A stretch of 62,863 bases of DNA, the filler included, from Basidiobolus ranarum (taxonomy: Eukaryota), in assembly GCA_040143965.1 (NCBI GenBank). It is 2 parts of 2 records of this genome, joined end to end, with 100 filler letters (N's around TTAATTAATTAA, not from the genome) between each part and the next. Parts side by side here need not be neighbours in the genome. Positions count along the whole stretch, not along the records: positions 31,512 to 62,863 come from JASJQH010006966.1; 1 more part is not named here. The stretch is one strand, 5' to 3'. Made by a program: the position numbers and the translations under genes. Shown piece by piece: positions 37,683 through 51,203 of this stretch; position 1 is the stretch's first letter; each line of letters starts with the position of its first letter. Under the pieces are notes generated by a model. That model was not told the DNA's origin, searched no databases, and saw only the letters and a program-made list of their open reading frames with translations.

Positions 37683-39797
37683 TCAAGCATCCCTAGAAAT
37701 AGAGATCGTTAGTATTTTCATTTTATCAAAGTGTGGTTTGTTGTGGGGCATTACCAGGCGTTGACCATCAATTTTTGGACAGCTAATAATGCTTGATATC
37801 TAACATCAGAGTTCTCGTGGGCCATAAGCTCCATGATACGTTGCTTTACTCCAATCTCTTGAACAACCCTGAGAGGAATCGGATTGTTAGTGAATATTCA
37901 GGAAAAGTTCTTTAGAAAAATACATACTTCTTTCCGTTGGGATAATGCTTGACGTACTGGCCGATATCGTGGGTACCCACGGAAAGAACAACGGGATCAG
38001 AGGAGGTGCTGAGTAATCTAGCCAACACTCTTTGTAAATGCAAGCTAGTTTAGTATTGAATCTCAAAAAATGACCACTCAAGAAAATCATATACCTTAGG
38101 AGAGCAAAATCGTTCTCATTAAGGCGAGCGAAATTCTGCTGCCAAAATTGTTCGGATTGATGTGGTGGAGTCCAAGAGAGTTTTCCGGATTCTAGCTCGC
38201 TGACATATTCATCAAAAGTACTGAGATACAAACCATTATTAGTAAGGAGGGTGACAAATGATTTGAACCAAACGAAAACTTTCTTACGTCAAACTCTGGA
38301 AGTTTTCTTCAAGCTCAGCTTTGATATATTGAAGGTCATCGGGAACATCAGCATCTGACCACTTACGAGTAGTAAGGTTATCAACGAAATTCAACAATTT
38401 GTGAACGAGCATAGCAGCCATGTTTTGCTCGGGAGCCTTTTCAATCAAATTCTAATGGTTCAAATGAGTCAGTATATCATTGTATTTGTGAGGTGATAAA
38501 CGTATAAAACTCACTCTGTAAGTACTGATAACAGCACGAATAACCTTCTCTTTGACGGTGGTCTTGGCAACATCCATGAAGATAGGGATAATGTCGTATT
38601 TGCTAATATGTGTTTAATGGTCAAGATCAAGGAAAAACAACTAACAAAATACTCACCTGTTAATCTCAGCAGCAATGTTTTTTTCGAAAGATAAAAGCCA
38701 GAAGCAGAAGATCAGTTGATATTGAGCTTGAGGATTGCCGTTGCTACCCTTCAACAAAGAAATCAAACTGTTGATTGGATGAGTAAACGCGTGGAATGCA
38801 CAATACATAAAAGCATGGATAAAGCACTTACATGGAAACCCCATTGGTCTGATAGAAGGCTTGTCTGCATTCGGAAACGGTGAGTAAGGACTCTAAGTTT
38901 TGGACTGCAATATCAACAGTACTAGTGTTTTGACTCTTTAGCTGAGTAACAATCCAGTTAATAAACTCGCTGAGGTCAACACCCTCGTGACGACTCTTAT
39001 CGGTACTAGACGACAAAATTAATATTAGAAATTTATCTTCGTTTACAAATTAAGAATCATAGTAAACCTACCAGATCAAGGAAGACAACACTTTGCTAGC
39101 CTTCAAAGTAAGAAATTCATCATCTTTAGACAAGCATCTAAAGTTTCGTCGTTAGTACCCATTTAAATATCAATACAATGGAGTATATTTTTGTTTGCTT
39201 ACTTGACAAAGGGAGCATAAGGGAATTTTGGGCTCTCGGTGCTGGTTTGATGGAATAAATTGGCATGCTCTCGATTTTCTATTCAATATTTTCATGCCAA
39301 TTAGAGGAAGTAATATTGGATACAAAACATAGGGGTTTCTCTTACCTTCAATTATATCATCAACGACGACCAAGAGATACTGAAGGGTATCAACACGAAC
39401 AAGTTTGTCCAGCAAAGTGATGAAAAGTTTAGCAAAAAGATAGCCATCCTGTATAGAGAAGGTACAAGATTGGTTAATACCACTAATTCCGAAATAACTG
39501 ACTAACAAGTTATTGACTTGATTTTCATCAGGAATACGTACTTGGGAGAGAAATTGAGACGAGCCTTGCTGAGTTCTACTTTCATAAAGCTTAAGCATGC
39601 GTAATTCATCCTCGGTGATCAAAGATGCTTTGTGATAACCCTGTTAGCAAATGAAAAGGATTACGTCAGTGAAAGAGTAGCGGCAGACTTGGGTGACAAC
39701 AACATACCTCCCAAGGGATGGCCTTTCCCCTGATGCTATTTGTAAGCTCTTCGAGATAAGGGTTAGCAACAATACTGGTAGGAAAAACGTCAGCCAT
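37683..39797 (-). CDS. VMA13: V-ATPase V1 subunit H (multi-exon)
   Basis: IPWEGY, QYQLIFCFWLLSF, KEKVIR, LTTRKWSD, TFDEYVSELESGKLSWTPPH.SEQFW..N, HDIGQY, VRYQALLAVQK. Confidence 0.95.
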
Positions 39798-40513
39798 CGG
39801 AAAAGTTGTATGGAAAGTGGAGGTTGAAACGAGGACTTTTCAGAAAGAATGCTATTATGTATGTAGAGAAAAGTGAGTTCAGTTTTCGAGGGTCTACACG
39901 GATGCTGATTGGACCTTCCACCTGGGATTTGGCCTCAGTATCCATACAATCTTGATAATCCTAGAAATCTTCAAATGAGAATAAATTTAATCCAGAATCA
40001 GGCCAAAAAAAAGAGCTGATTTGCGGGCGCACTTGACCACAAATAAAGTGGCACCCAACCTTTTTCGGCCATCATTTGATAATTCTATTTTCTAAATAGT
40101 AAAATGCAGAATTGGAGTTTCAATTGAACCAATTCAAGTACAATATTAGCATTTACGCATATATTGACGACATTAAAGTTTTTCCATTGATTGAAAAGCC
40201 ACACAGCAGAGTTACAAAAGATACTTGGTAAATTTAAGTTCGTGATCCGTGTGACAAAACCTCTGGAATAGCCAATCATCTTGGAGTTTCGGTTGGAATA
40301 AGAACCTTTCCATTGCAGAGTCGGACAAACCGTTGTTTATTCGAAGATGTTAGATCGAAAGCGAACGTTTTGCAGACAAAGTGAACCTAGGGTTGCCGTT
40401 ACGCACATTGACATCGGGGGAATTGAACCGCCTATTGGGGAAATGGGTCTCTTCTATTTAGAACGATCGTATTAGTGTTAGACCTAGCCATTTATTGAGT
40501 TTTGAGAGCTGCG

Positions 40514-40552
40514 TAGGGTTAGGGTTGGGGTGAGAAGGATCAGGGTTAGGGT
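40514..40552 (+). repeat. Interstitial telomere-like TTAGGG motifs with G-quadruplex potential
   Basis: tagggttagggttgggg-tgagaaggatc-agggttagggt; five G3+ tracts; another tagggtt at 40388. Confidence 0.6.
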
Positions 40553-40874
40553 CATTATTCTTCCATCTAAGCAACAATTAGCGAAATTTAATCTGACAAA
40601 GATAGCATTGAGGATGAGGTCGAGGGAGAGGGAGGGAGCTAGAGTGATTATGCGACATAGACATATTTTTTCTCTTCTCATATGCACATATATGTACGAA
40701 TAACCCTTTTTCCATGAAATTATGCTCCATAGAGTCAACTCCATATTATTCAAGAGAGCAGCGATTCCTCTTTTAGGTGTGCTAGATCGTTGGTAATCTC
40801 CTTTTCTTCAAGCTGAGCATAAGTTTTGAGCTTTTATTGATACAACTTCAAAAACCAGTTTTTATCATACGAGA

Positions 40875-41719
40875 ATGTCTGAGACTGTACAACTGCTTTC
40901 AAAGAAGATTCCTTTGATTGTTCACTCGGAAAAAGTGAATCTAGAGGAAGTTCAAAAGTTCAAACCATTCATAGATTGGTGCAAGAAGTTCAATCAACAA
41001 TCTAACCAAGAGGAGGTTGAAGTTTCTAGTGTAGAGATACAAGACGTAGATTACTTTAAGGATAGACTTGGCTTTGTTAAAATGAAAGTAAACGTTAAAT
41101 TGAAGGCCACTGGAAAGAATATTCCTGGCATTGTGTTACTGGTAAGATTCATGATTTGGTCATTGGGAGAGTTATTGCAAAATTGCTAACTTCATTTCGT
41201 TGATTTGAACAGAGAGGTGGGTCAGTTAGTGTACTGTTAATACTTCGTGCCAAGCAATCGGATTCTTCAAAGCCCAAGGAATATGTTGTTTTGACAGTCC
41301 AGCCAAGAATTCCAGTTGGTTCACTTTCATTTACTGAGTTACCTGCTGGTATGCTAGACGATTCTGGAGAATTCTCTGGTGTAGCGTCCAAAGAGCTTGA
41401 GGAGGAAACCGGTTTAACTATTAACGAAAAAGAATTGATCGATTTGATTGAACTGACATACGATAGTCCAGATATCCAAGGTGCTTATACTTCCCCTGGT
41501 GTTTGTGATGAGTTTATTCGCTTGTTTCTATGTGTTAAAGACATCGATCAAGCCAAGCTAGATGAATTACACGGAAAGCTTACTGGACTAAGAGACCAAG
41601 GAGAAAATATTTCTCTAAAATTGGTTGAATTAGATAAATTGTGGCATGCAACGGCGGATGTCAAAGCGTTATCCTCGCTGATGTTGTACTATAAATTGAA
41701 GGAGAATGGGAAAATTTGA
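40875..41719 (+). CDS. Nudix hydrolase, ADP-sugar pyrophosphatase / plant NUDX14-like (2 exons)
   Basis: IQDVDYF..RLGFVK, PGIVLLRGGSV, QPRIPVG...ELPAGMLD...G.ASKELEEETGL (Nudix box), SPG.CDEFI, DVKAL. Confidence 0.9.
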
Positions 41720-41879
41720 AGCAACTTTGCCAGAGTAATGTATTAGTTATTTATTAAGGAATTAAATACGCGAAGGAATATTAGAATTGTATTAAAATAA
41801 ATGAAGTTGGTCAGGTATTAATTGATGGGAATATACTTTACAAGAGTTATGGAGAAATGGGGAGGGAGTACAGATGCCG

Positions 41880-44800
41880 TTACCTAAACAATCGTGCGAC
41901 ACTTAGTCTGTCTAATTTCGAGGTCGACAATCGTTGGGAACTGGAATGGATGCAAGGCGATGAGGCTCTGGCTTTCAAAGCTCTGTTCAAAGCAAGAGTA
42001 GAAGAGTCATTTTTTAAATTTATAGACAGTTTAGTTCCTAACTTAGAAAGGCTCAAGTCAACTCCATCGATATTTGAATCAGCCCCTTTTCCTAACAGGT
42101 ATTTGACTGCTAATAAATCCCCTCGGGACGCCATTAAACACAGCGCGGTGATTTTCTCTCCGGATGATTGAGAGTTCACATCTGCACCGTTTTGAATCAA
42201 AAATTCTGGAATTGGAAAAGTGAGATTCTCATTAGGCATTTCAGGTATAGAGGTTATGGATTCAGTTTCGGAAAAATCTAAAGCTGATTGTGAGGAGGAA
42301 GATAGCGATGGGGTCTTGTAAGAAGGTGGTGCTTGAAGTGTACGCCTGCGTAAAGATTCATTCTCTATAGCTTCAACAATTTCAGGGGTAAGGTAGGTGC
42401 GCTTTTGCTCGGTTAAGAGGTTAATGCTTCTCTTTTCCATATCCACAATAGACTCCATGGTTGAATTAGAAAATCGATTGGAGCGTAATAAAAGTGCCAG
42501 TTGGAGCGGTGTTAATCCGGCGTCTGTTGTATCATTTGGAAGCACTTCACATTCACTTAGAGGCTCATTCAAATTTGCACCCATGGCAAATGCCCTCATT
42601 ATACCTACTAAATCATTCGATCTGATAGCGCGAAACAGCAAATTACTGGGCGATATGCCAATCTCTTGACTAGATAGTGATTGAACAAATGTTCGATCAA
42701 TATACTTGGCTTTGATGAACGAGGCTTTAACTTCTCTTGAGTCGGTATTGCGAGGCTTCCTCCATTTTACACGTTCCTCTTCAATAGTCTCTTTAGAAGA
42801 GGCTACTTTAGCTTCCCAAATTTCATTGAACACTTTGTTGCCCATCCTTGAAATCATCTCAATGAGATCTGGACTAAATGACTTGTCCAGAGTGAGTGAG
42901 CGAATCTTTGATACGTGCGTTCCCAGACTACGATGAATACCTGAGCATTCTGTAAACCCATGAAGAAATACAGATAAGATTAGTTAAGTTAGCAAATCGG
43001 AAAGCAACCAGACAAACTAACCGATACAAAGGAGAATCCCGAAATTTATAGAACACCATTCAGGATTTTTGGAACCGCAGTCGGCACATTGCTCATTGCT
43101 CGGGTCATGCTTCAATATCGTATGAACATCCTCTCTGGCCTCAGGCTCTCTAACTTTTCCATTTTTGTCGGTTATAGCTTTAGTTCTTAGATCCGACGAA
43201 GAGCTCATACCGTTCAATTGCGACTCGATGGCGTTTTTTATCACATTGATCCAATCAATCATGTCCTCGTGAGATAACGCTTGGTAAACTCTTTTCCCTG
43301 TTAAAGTAACTAATTCAAAGCAAAATCGACGATCAGGGCTAGGCAACTGCCTCACTGAGGCAAGTTTCAAGCTGATTGAGGCCTTATGTGCCTCAGGCTT
43401 TTTCTTCCAATTTACAATCTCCGAGAAATGTCCGCGAGAAATGACACACCAATTTCCATGCCAAGAACTATCCAGATTTGAGGGTCTTCGCTTGGCGGGA
43501 GAATAGAGTACTCCTTCTTTATGTCTGCCTGCAGAAGACGCTAGCTCAATATCGAATGACCCCAAGTCACGAACTCCACCAACTCTGGATTGAAGTCGGC
43601 CTCTCAATTGACGAGGGCTTGATAGAGAGTTTGATTTTAGATTATCTCTTATTTTTTTTCCAACACTTTCGCTCAAACTGGAAGAATTTGCATGGATTCG
43701 CTTTTCTGATTGCTTTCGACGCTCTTGTATCGATTTCCTTTGGTCATTGGTCACCTTGCAAATCGATGAAACTATATGATCCACACATGACAGTTCATAA
43801 TTATTCTCTTCAATGGAGTGATATATCTCTTTAACATAATCGAGGTATTTTTGGGTAAACCTCAAGAAATACATCATGAGCTCACCTTCTTTAGGTCCTT
43901 CAGTGAGCTCATATAAGAAAAGATAAATATCCAGAATCTTCTGGCCAAATCGTTCTTTACGCTTCGTATAGAGGGCATCTACAGAAGGGTTATTCTTGTG
44001 CTTGTCGTATTTAAGAGCCAAATGTTTCGCTTCGAATTGGTAAAATTCATCTGCTTCTTTCAGGAATTCCTTTGTTTTGCTATCCGCAGATTTGATCTCT
44101 TTCTCATACAAATTTTCTATTGGGTTTTTGACTAGGGTTTCCAGTCTATCAAAAACTGTTTCTCGAAATGCCAATACACTGCTTAGCCAATTCTCTAATA
44201 GGTGATGTATAGAGTCTAAACAACGCGAGTTTTTGGCGACTTCGATTAATCTTTTGCTGGCTTTGATTTCCAATCGCCCGGCCTCTTCATAATCAGTCAC
44301 TGCTTTGATTAACCTCTTGACTTCATTTTTTAAATTGCCTATACTTCTTTCGGATTGTTGAATCTTATATCTCAACACCGGGGAGTCGACGATGTCCAAG
44401 TTAAAAGATTCGGCTGGGTTTCTTCCTTCAAATGAATTACGTATGGAAGATACCTCCTCCAAAGACAACCGTGGAATATGGTGATGGTGCTTGTTATTCA
44501 ATAATGAGGAACTGGATTGGCTCATACGAATGCCTGTATTATGATTAATTGATAAATGTTGTCTAGAAGAGGGTGAATGGACCTTTTCAAAATCAGTAGC
44601 ATTTGTGCTAGAGGTCACGGTATATTCTGAGAGATTGGAGTTTCTTTTTGTTTCGTGGAGTGTAGAGATTAGTGATTTAACCGAGGGCGTAATCCATATG
44701 TCAAAGCTAATCTCAGTCTTTGCTGTATGTGCACCAACATCCAGGTCCACAAGCTTTATTGATAAGTCAATAAGTGGCATTTATATAAAATTGTGGCATA

Positions 44801-45515
44801 TTGAAATTAACTTACCGAAAAGCATTCTTTCCAACCCAATTCACCTGATACAAGATTTTCATTTTTGGGATGATAATTGAATGTCCACTGAAAAGTATCT
44901 TCGCCATTAATTACCGGGTAAGTGTCTACAATCTCAATATGAGAATGCTCATATACCTAAGAGTTATACAGTGGTACATAAGGAAATTTTAACATTCATT
45001 TTAAAGTGAATTTTTCTCGTTCTCATAATAGTAACTTACAATATCACTTCCACTCTCTATTCTTTTGCGGATCTCTTCCACCTCAGTTTCTGAGTTCGAG
45101 TGTATAAGTGCTAGGATACTAGGAGGTGTGCGTGGATTGAAAGTGAGCTCAAAAGTGAACGACAAACCCGAGTTTTCACAACTCTGATATGGTAGTTGCA
45201 CAATAAGACGTTTCGAGTGTTCGGGGTCTTGGATGAAGTGTAATAAACCTGGAGAAGAAAGTTCTACTCCCTCAGTCTCGATAGGGTTGACAAGCAAAAG
45301 TGATTTAGATCCATTTGTTACGTTTAGGGAATTCAGTCTTACTGAAAGAAAGAAAAAGGATAATATAAATAAAGAGATGGAATTTGAGGGATAACTATCG
45401 CTGGCCGAATGCTCGAGGTTTTGTTGATATAGAGCAAGAATAGCTACTTACTGCTGGTCCCACTAGCATGGAAAAAATCCAAAGTTTGAAAAGGCTTGCC
45501 AGTGCAAGAGCTCAT
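41880..45515 (-). CDS. Arf GTPase-activating protein with BAR-PH-ArfGAP-ankyrin architecture (ACAP/Age1/Csx2-like; 5 exons)
   Basis: DSPVLR BAR start, PH (KEGVLY...DRRFCFELVT...WINVI), [44 protein letters not shown], ankyrin repeats. Start ATG 45515 inferred from splice phase. Confidence 0.9.
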
Positions 45516-46607
45516 GTTCCGATATGGGGGTATAAATAGAAGGGACAAACGATTCTATGTGAATAGTTTTCCAAAACAGATGTAGTGACTATGTTCCTAG
45601 ATGGACTTGATTGAAGTGCAAGTTGAAGGGAATACAATGTTCTGTGTGTCAATAGGGTAAAAATGTATGTACGCAGCGAGGTTTGTGAGTAAATGATCGG
45701 TAATAAGTTGCGAAGCAAAAATATACTAAAAGGAACGAGCAATTAAGTCGTCTATCAAAGGAGTCAAAGTAATCACAAAAGTAAAGTATATGGATTCAAA
45801 ATGGTCAATTCTAAAGAAAGTGCGCTGTAAGTTGCACGAGCCAAGGAAAAGGATAAATACTTGAACGTGTTTAGGACAATGAATGCTATCTCTCGGTTTC
45901 CGCTCTTTTCGGAAATAAGGTAAACTTAACAAACCTAGGGACCAACCAAATATCGGGAAAAAGGGGGCGAGATGGATTGTGGAAAAGGGGTTAATAAATT
46001 ATGATAAAAGCGCGGGTGTACAAATAAATATTAATAGATACAAGCAAATATGTCGACTAATGGGTATATGCTTGAGGGTTGCAGTACATTTATGGATCAA
46101 CATGCTTGTTGTGCTTTTGTCTATCAACAGCTTAGTTGACTCACAACAGACATACCCATTTCCCTATTTTCGGACTTTCTGGCTTTATTACATCGGAGAA
46201 TCACGTAACCTACTCGAAATTCCGGTAGTAAGAGCTTTTACTAGCAATTGTTACAAAAAGTGCGGTGCATTCACGAGCTTTAATGTAGCTTACATTTAAT
46301 AAATATTTGAATGCCATGAGGAAGTGAAATGAAATTGTGATACACGATGCGTTGCTCGATCAGAAGCAGAAGTACATGGCGCATAAAAGTGGGCAATAAT
46401 GAAAAATACAAGGTGTACTAAAGATGTGTACTAGGGAAGATGGAGAGGTGACAAAAAGAGGAAGTACCCGTTGTATTGTATGGTGTGGGTTATGTCTAAC
46501 TTGCATTTGTACTTGGCTAAATGTGTATCAAGAGTGTTGTTGAGACGCCCCTTCAGTGTTTTTACATTAGTTTGATCTCGATTCTGTTAATAGAAGGCCA
46601 ATGGTGG

Positions 46608-47828
46608 TTAGCTATCGACTTGGATGCCTTTCCTCATGGGCCCTTTACATAATGGACAATCAAGTAGCTTCTCGGTACATTCAGAGCATGTATACTTGTG
46701 CCCGCATTCGAGAATAATTACATTCCGTGGCTTAGCGAAACAGATTAAACATAGATCGGTATCTATATCAATATTGCCAAGGCTTTGATCATGGCGCTTT
46801 CGCTCTGTAAGATAGTGCTGTAAACGACGACGTTCATGCCACATCTTAAAGCGGGGATACACAAACGGAAGTAATCGTCGTATAATACATACTCCAAAAA
46901 CTGAAACGGAGCCCAAAAACACCCACCAGAGTAACCGAGCGACGGCAGTCTGACGATGAATAAAAACGCCGTATGTCTCGCGGGTCGCTACAAAAGGAAG
47001 CTTCAAATTCCGAGGTTTGATCACCTCTAGAACACCTTCAGATAAATCATCGCCCACAGGTTGAGAGAGCTCTCCAACTACTGTCAAAGATGTTCCAACA
47101 GGCAAGGCTCGCTCAATTGTTTGAAATCCAAGGGATTTCACATTTTGCGAATTTACAGTGGTATCGACGAATTGCGAAGGTGATGTTGGTGAAAATTTGG
47201 TGGTTAATGTAAGTAAAGGGAGTTCGTTGGCGATATCCTCGGGTCGCATTTCCCCGATATTTACAAGAGGAGTGTTAGGAAACAACGATGTAGTAAGTTG
47301 AAATGGCACGCTTCGAAAAGTACGGGATATTGTATCAGTTTCTGACACCCTAAGGAAAAGTTAAAGATTAGATTCAAGTAGGCTAAGGTCTTTAAGTGTA
47401 ATTATGCTTACCATCGTAGAAATAATCTATCCCACTTTGATATGAGATGATTTTTTGTTATCTGAAGGTAAATTCTTATTAGTATTCAAAGAATGAAAAA
47501 CTGTGGGCTCTATATGAGTTCTAACATATACAATAGAGGTGCTATTGATTACACTCATAGTATGACTATTTTTTTCTCTAAAATGTAAAAATTTCAACTA
47601 GACTTGCTTACTTACTTCATGCATTACACTCAACACTTTCCCAGAAGCGAAATGAGACTCCAGTTTGGCATTATGCAGCAATGTAACCTTTCCTTCGACT
47701 TTAATATAGTCGCCAGGCTGTGCAAATTCCAGAGGTTTTGCTGACAAAACGGCCCCAATTTTCCCCATTGAATATTTGTAAGCATAGTAAAATACTCCCG
47801 AAACAGCGGAAGATATAACCAGATCCAT
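46608..47828 (-). CDS. MUL1: MUL1/MAPL/SP1-like E3 ligase: TM-GIDE-TM-RING (3 exons)
   Basis: N-terminal TM, YIKVEGKV, KWDRLFLRW, RSVPFQL, ERALPVGTSLTVVGEL (GIDE), second TM, C-terminal RING CLICFAKPRNVIILECGHKYTCSECTEKLLDCPLC. Confidence 0.8.
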
Positions 47829-48481
47829 GGTTTCAAAATTTTGGTAGGAGTCACAAACGAGGTAGCTGTCGCCTTCACACTCAGAGCAACTGTTCAATAG
47901 TTTCCAGTTTACAACACTACAAGTTAATACTATTTATGCACCAAGTTTTCTGGAGAAACTAGGCAAATGAAAGGTTTATCACTGCAAGACAATTTGGTAA
48001 GAAAAATAAAGGGATTATTTTTTAGCAGAACAGAGTAAGGAATGGGAGAATATTTTGTATAGAGTTGCTTCACATTTCGATTAATAAATCATACACTAAG
48101 TACAACAACCAAACGTGGCATGCTTGATGCAAGACTATGTGGCCAATAAAATTATTGTTCAATTTCCTCACTGTTAGTTAAAGAATGGCACACAAAAATG
48201 AACGGGAAAAAGGAAAATCTCCAGTATATTTACTTGTTCATATTTGATTCGCATTTCTACTACGCCTGTATATGGAATAATTTCAAAACATTCAGAGTTA
48301 AATATCCATTTCTTAGCAATAATATCGGTGAAAAAATTCCTATATTGAGAAGCTCATACAAACTCTCAAAAAAAATATACTAATTTGACTAGGCTGCTCA
48401 ATCATCGACCTTTGTTTTTCAACACACAGAAGAGCTGAACCAGGTCAAATAGTTTTAACTACCACTACCAAAGCATACGGA

Positions 48482-49419
48482 ATGAGTAAAGAGACCTATA
48501 TAAACGAGTAAACAGACCTGAAATTTCTCTATTCTTTAATACATAATATCCAATAACTTTTCAAATAGAAAAATCGAAACCTTAGCTTCTCGCACAATCG
48601 ATAATGAGTCTGAGGACGAAGACGCTTTGTTTGCTGAACTAGAGAACGATGATGCTTTCGAAAATTACCGTGAAGAGCGCTTAGAACAGTTAAAATATGA
48701 GTATGTTCTAAATCCAAAAACTCTTCACTATCTCAGCTTACCTATTGAAGTTCTTTAGACTCAACAAGGTTCGAGACTTGAAGGAGAATGATCACGGTGC
48801 GTACACCGAAGTCACTTCCGAAAAAGAGATATTGAAAATCACCACCACTACTTCACACTGTGTGGTTCACTTCTTTCATAAAGATTTCCGTCGTTGTCAA
48901 ATCATGGACAAACATTTAGAGGTAGTTCTCTAAATCCTCAATTTCTTTCGCTACTTTCATTAATACTGGAAATTATTCCCTAGGAAATTTCTCATAAACA
49001 CTTCAAAACTAGATTTTGTAAAATCGATGTCGAGAATGCAGGCTTTTTAGTGGAGAAATTGAAGATTCAAGTTTTGCCTTGTGTTATGTCTTTTATCAAT
49101 GGAATATCAGTAGACAAGTAAGAGTTACGCTCTCCGCGATGATTATGGCAATTATATTTAATATTTCCTGTTTCTTTAGGTTGGTTGGATTTGAAGAGCT
49201 TGGAAATACTGATGGTTTCAGAACGGAGGCTGTGGAGGCACGCTTGATACAATGCGGTATGAACGATTCCTTTGTAAAATCACAGACAATATTTTATTGA
49301 CAGCATTTATAAACACCACAGGTGTAATCAAAAAGCCGGACTCAAACTCCAGTAAACACAACACTATATTTGGTTTCCCCAAACAGGAGGAAAACGAAGA
49401 TTGGGATAGTGATGAGTGA
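48482..49419 (+). CDS. PLP1: Phosducin-like thioredoxin-fold protein PLP1/TXNDC9 (6 exons)
   Basis: ALFAELE, YREERLEQLK, HGAYTEV..EKE, VVHFFHKDFRRCQIMDKHLE, FLVEKLKIQVLPC, VGFEELGNTDGF. Confidence 0.9.
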
Positions 49420-49721
49420 TGAGTGATAACACAATTTCTGTATTAAAAGACACAATAAAAAATTCACTTCGATAAGTTAGTAAATACCTTTTATTTGAGA
49501 TCTCCAACGCAGTGCTTTGAAGGCCAAGTTAAAGCGTGTATCAAGATATCATGCCAACTGGTAATTTTTACACAGTATTTGTGACTTTCAATCTAATTAT
49601 AGAAACCAATTAGTTAATTATAGCATCCTTTTGTTAGCCCATATTAGCGTAACATTTCAAGACTTGGCAAAATAGCCATGGATTTGAATTAATTTGAATG
49701 TTTTATGATTTATGAATGTGT

Positions 49722-49750
49722 GCTTCCTAGCCGCTTCCTAGCCGCTTCCT
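49722..49750. repeat. Short tandem repeat, 11-nt unit GCTTCCTAGCC x2.6
   Basis: gcttcctagcc gcttcctagcc gcttcct. Confidence 0.75.
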
Positions 49751-50035
49751 GGAGGAAACCAGCCCCCACATATTCATTGAATACCTGAGTCATAGGGACC
49801 ATGATCATTGTGTTTCTGTATATATTAGCAAAGATCATGGGCTTATATTCGTCGCTTATATCAAGAGTTGGTGAACATGATTGGCAGAACAGCGTTCATT
49901 TGATCTATAATCATTTGAATTGTTACACAGTATTTACTTTTAATTGATTCCCCTAACTCAGAACCTATTTTGGTTCGATATTTCTTAATAACCACTTAAC
50001 TTTCCCAACTCTCACACCTATTTGCAGCTTATCTA

Positions 50036-50885
50036 ATGGAAGAATTCAGACGTTTCCGTCAACAGCAACAACCTCAAGCTGGCAATCAACTTGGATACGC
50101 CCCCTCTGGAGATGTAGATGAGGATGCTGAGGTTCACGCTTTACGCCAAGAAATCAACAAGACTAGAGACGAATCTTTAGCCTCTACACAAAATGCCATT
50201 CGTACCTTAAAACAAACCGAAGATATGGCTCAAAATACTTTAGTAAAGCTTGGAGAACAATCAGGTACATTTTTGTATTTCATTTTATAATTGTGAGTTT
50301 ATGCTTCATACCTTGTTTCTTACTCACCTCTCATGTACAGAGTCTATCAACAGCATTCGTGGACAATTGGATATTGCTGATGTACAGGCCGATCTTGCTG
50401 CACAAAAGACTGCCGAACTCAAGAAACTCAATAGCTCCATTTTCAAGGTCAGTTTCTCAAATCCTTTTGGCTCCAAAAAGAAGAAGGAAAAGGAATTGGC
50501 AAAACTACAAGCGGAACATAAGTCTCAACAAGAAAGAAAGGAAGAGCTGCGTAAATTCGATTATGACGCAAAGCAACGAGTGGCTGTAGCTACCGGAAGA
50601 CAGCCAGGTGCTCGCTCTGGTTACTCAGGTTCCAACCATTCTCAAGATCAATCGTTTGCACCAAATGCTTACACCTTTGAAGGAGAAGGAGAGGATCAAG
50701 AGCGCCAAATTGATGAAAATTTAGACATCATGTCTGACTCATTATCTCGTTTGAAGAACATGGGACTCAGTATGCGTGATGAGATTGACGTCCAAAACAA
50801 AGTTTTGGATGGAGTCAACCAGCGTGCTGATGAGGTTGATCAGAAAATCCATACCAACCAGTTCAAACTCAACAGAATCAAGTAA
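50036..50885 (+). CDS. SEC9: Qbc-SNARE Sec9/SNAP-25 family (2 exons)
   Basis: ESLASTQNA...TLVKLGEQ.E, ELKKLNSSIF...NPF; second SNARE motif ERQIDENLD...RLKNMG..M.DEID.QN. Confidence 0.9.
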
Positions 50886-51119
50886 ATTCATCTCAGTTGC
50901 CATATATCGCATGTTACATAATTGACCGTAATCGTCCTTGCCTTCTTTAATTCCAATTTCTATGTATTTCCCAAACTCCTCATTTGTGTCGCTCTTTCGT
51001 TTTTAGTTATTATTATGGGCTGAACTTAAATAAAGAGAGACGGTATCAAAATTTATTTCAGGTTTATGGAATTTTGTAATCACGGTATAATACAAATGTA
51101 GAGATATAAACATGATGCT

Positions 51120-51171
51120 GAGTAAATGCTTATGGGAACAGAGTGGAGTAAATGCTTATGGGAATAGAATG
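51120..51171. repeat. 26-nt direct duplication just downstream of the ABC transporter stop
   Basis: gagtaaatgcttatgggaacagagtg / gagtaaatgcttatgggaatagaatg. Confidence 0.75.
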
Positions 51172-51203
51172 CATATTAGTAGATTTGTTGTATAAAAGTG
51201 GGT

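Noticed and set aside
40484..40753. 89-aa - strand ORF over the TTAGGG motifs
   Set aside because: Non-ATG start and no recognisable domain; alternative spliced versions need implausibly short introns or give ~50-aa products.
47463..47615. Hairpin plus ACA in MUL1-like intron 1 as an intronic H/ACA RNA
   Set aside because: AT-rich weak stems, no proper 5' hairpin and no identifiable target.
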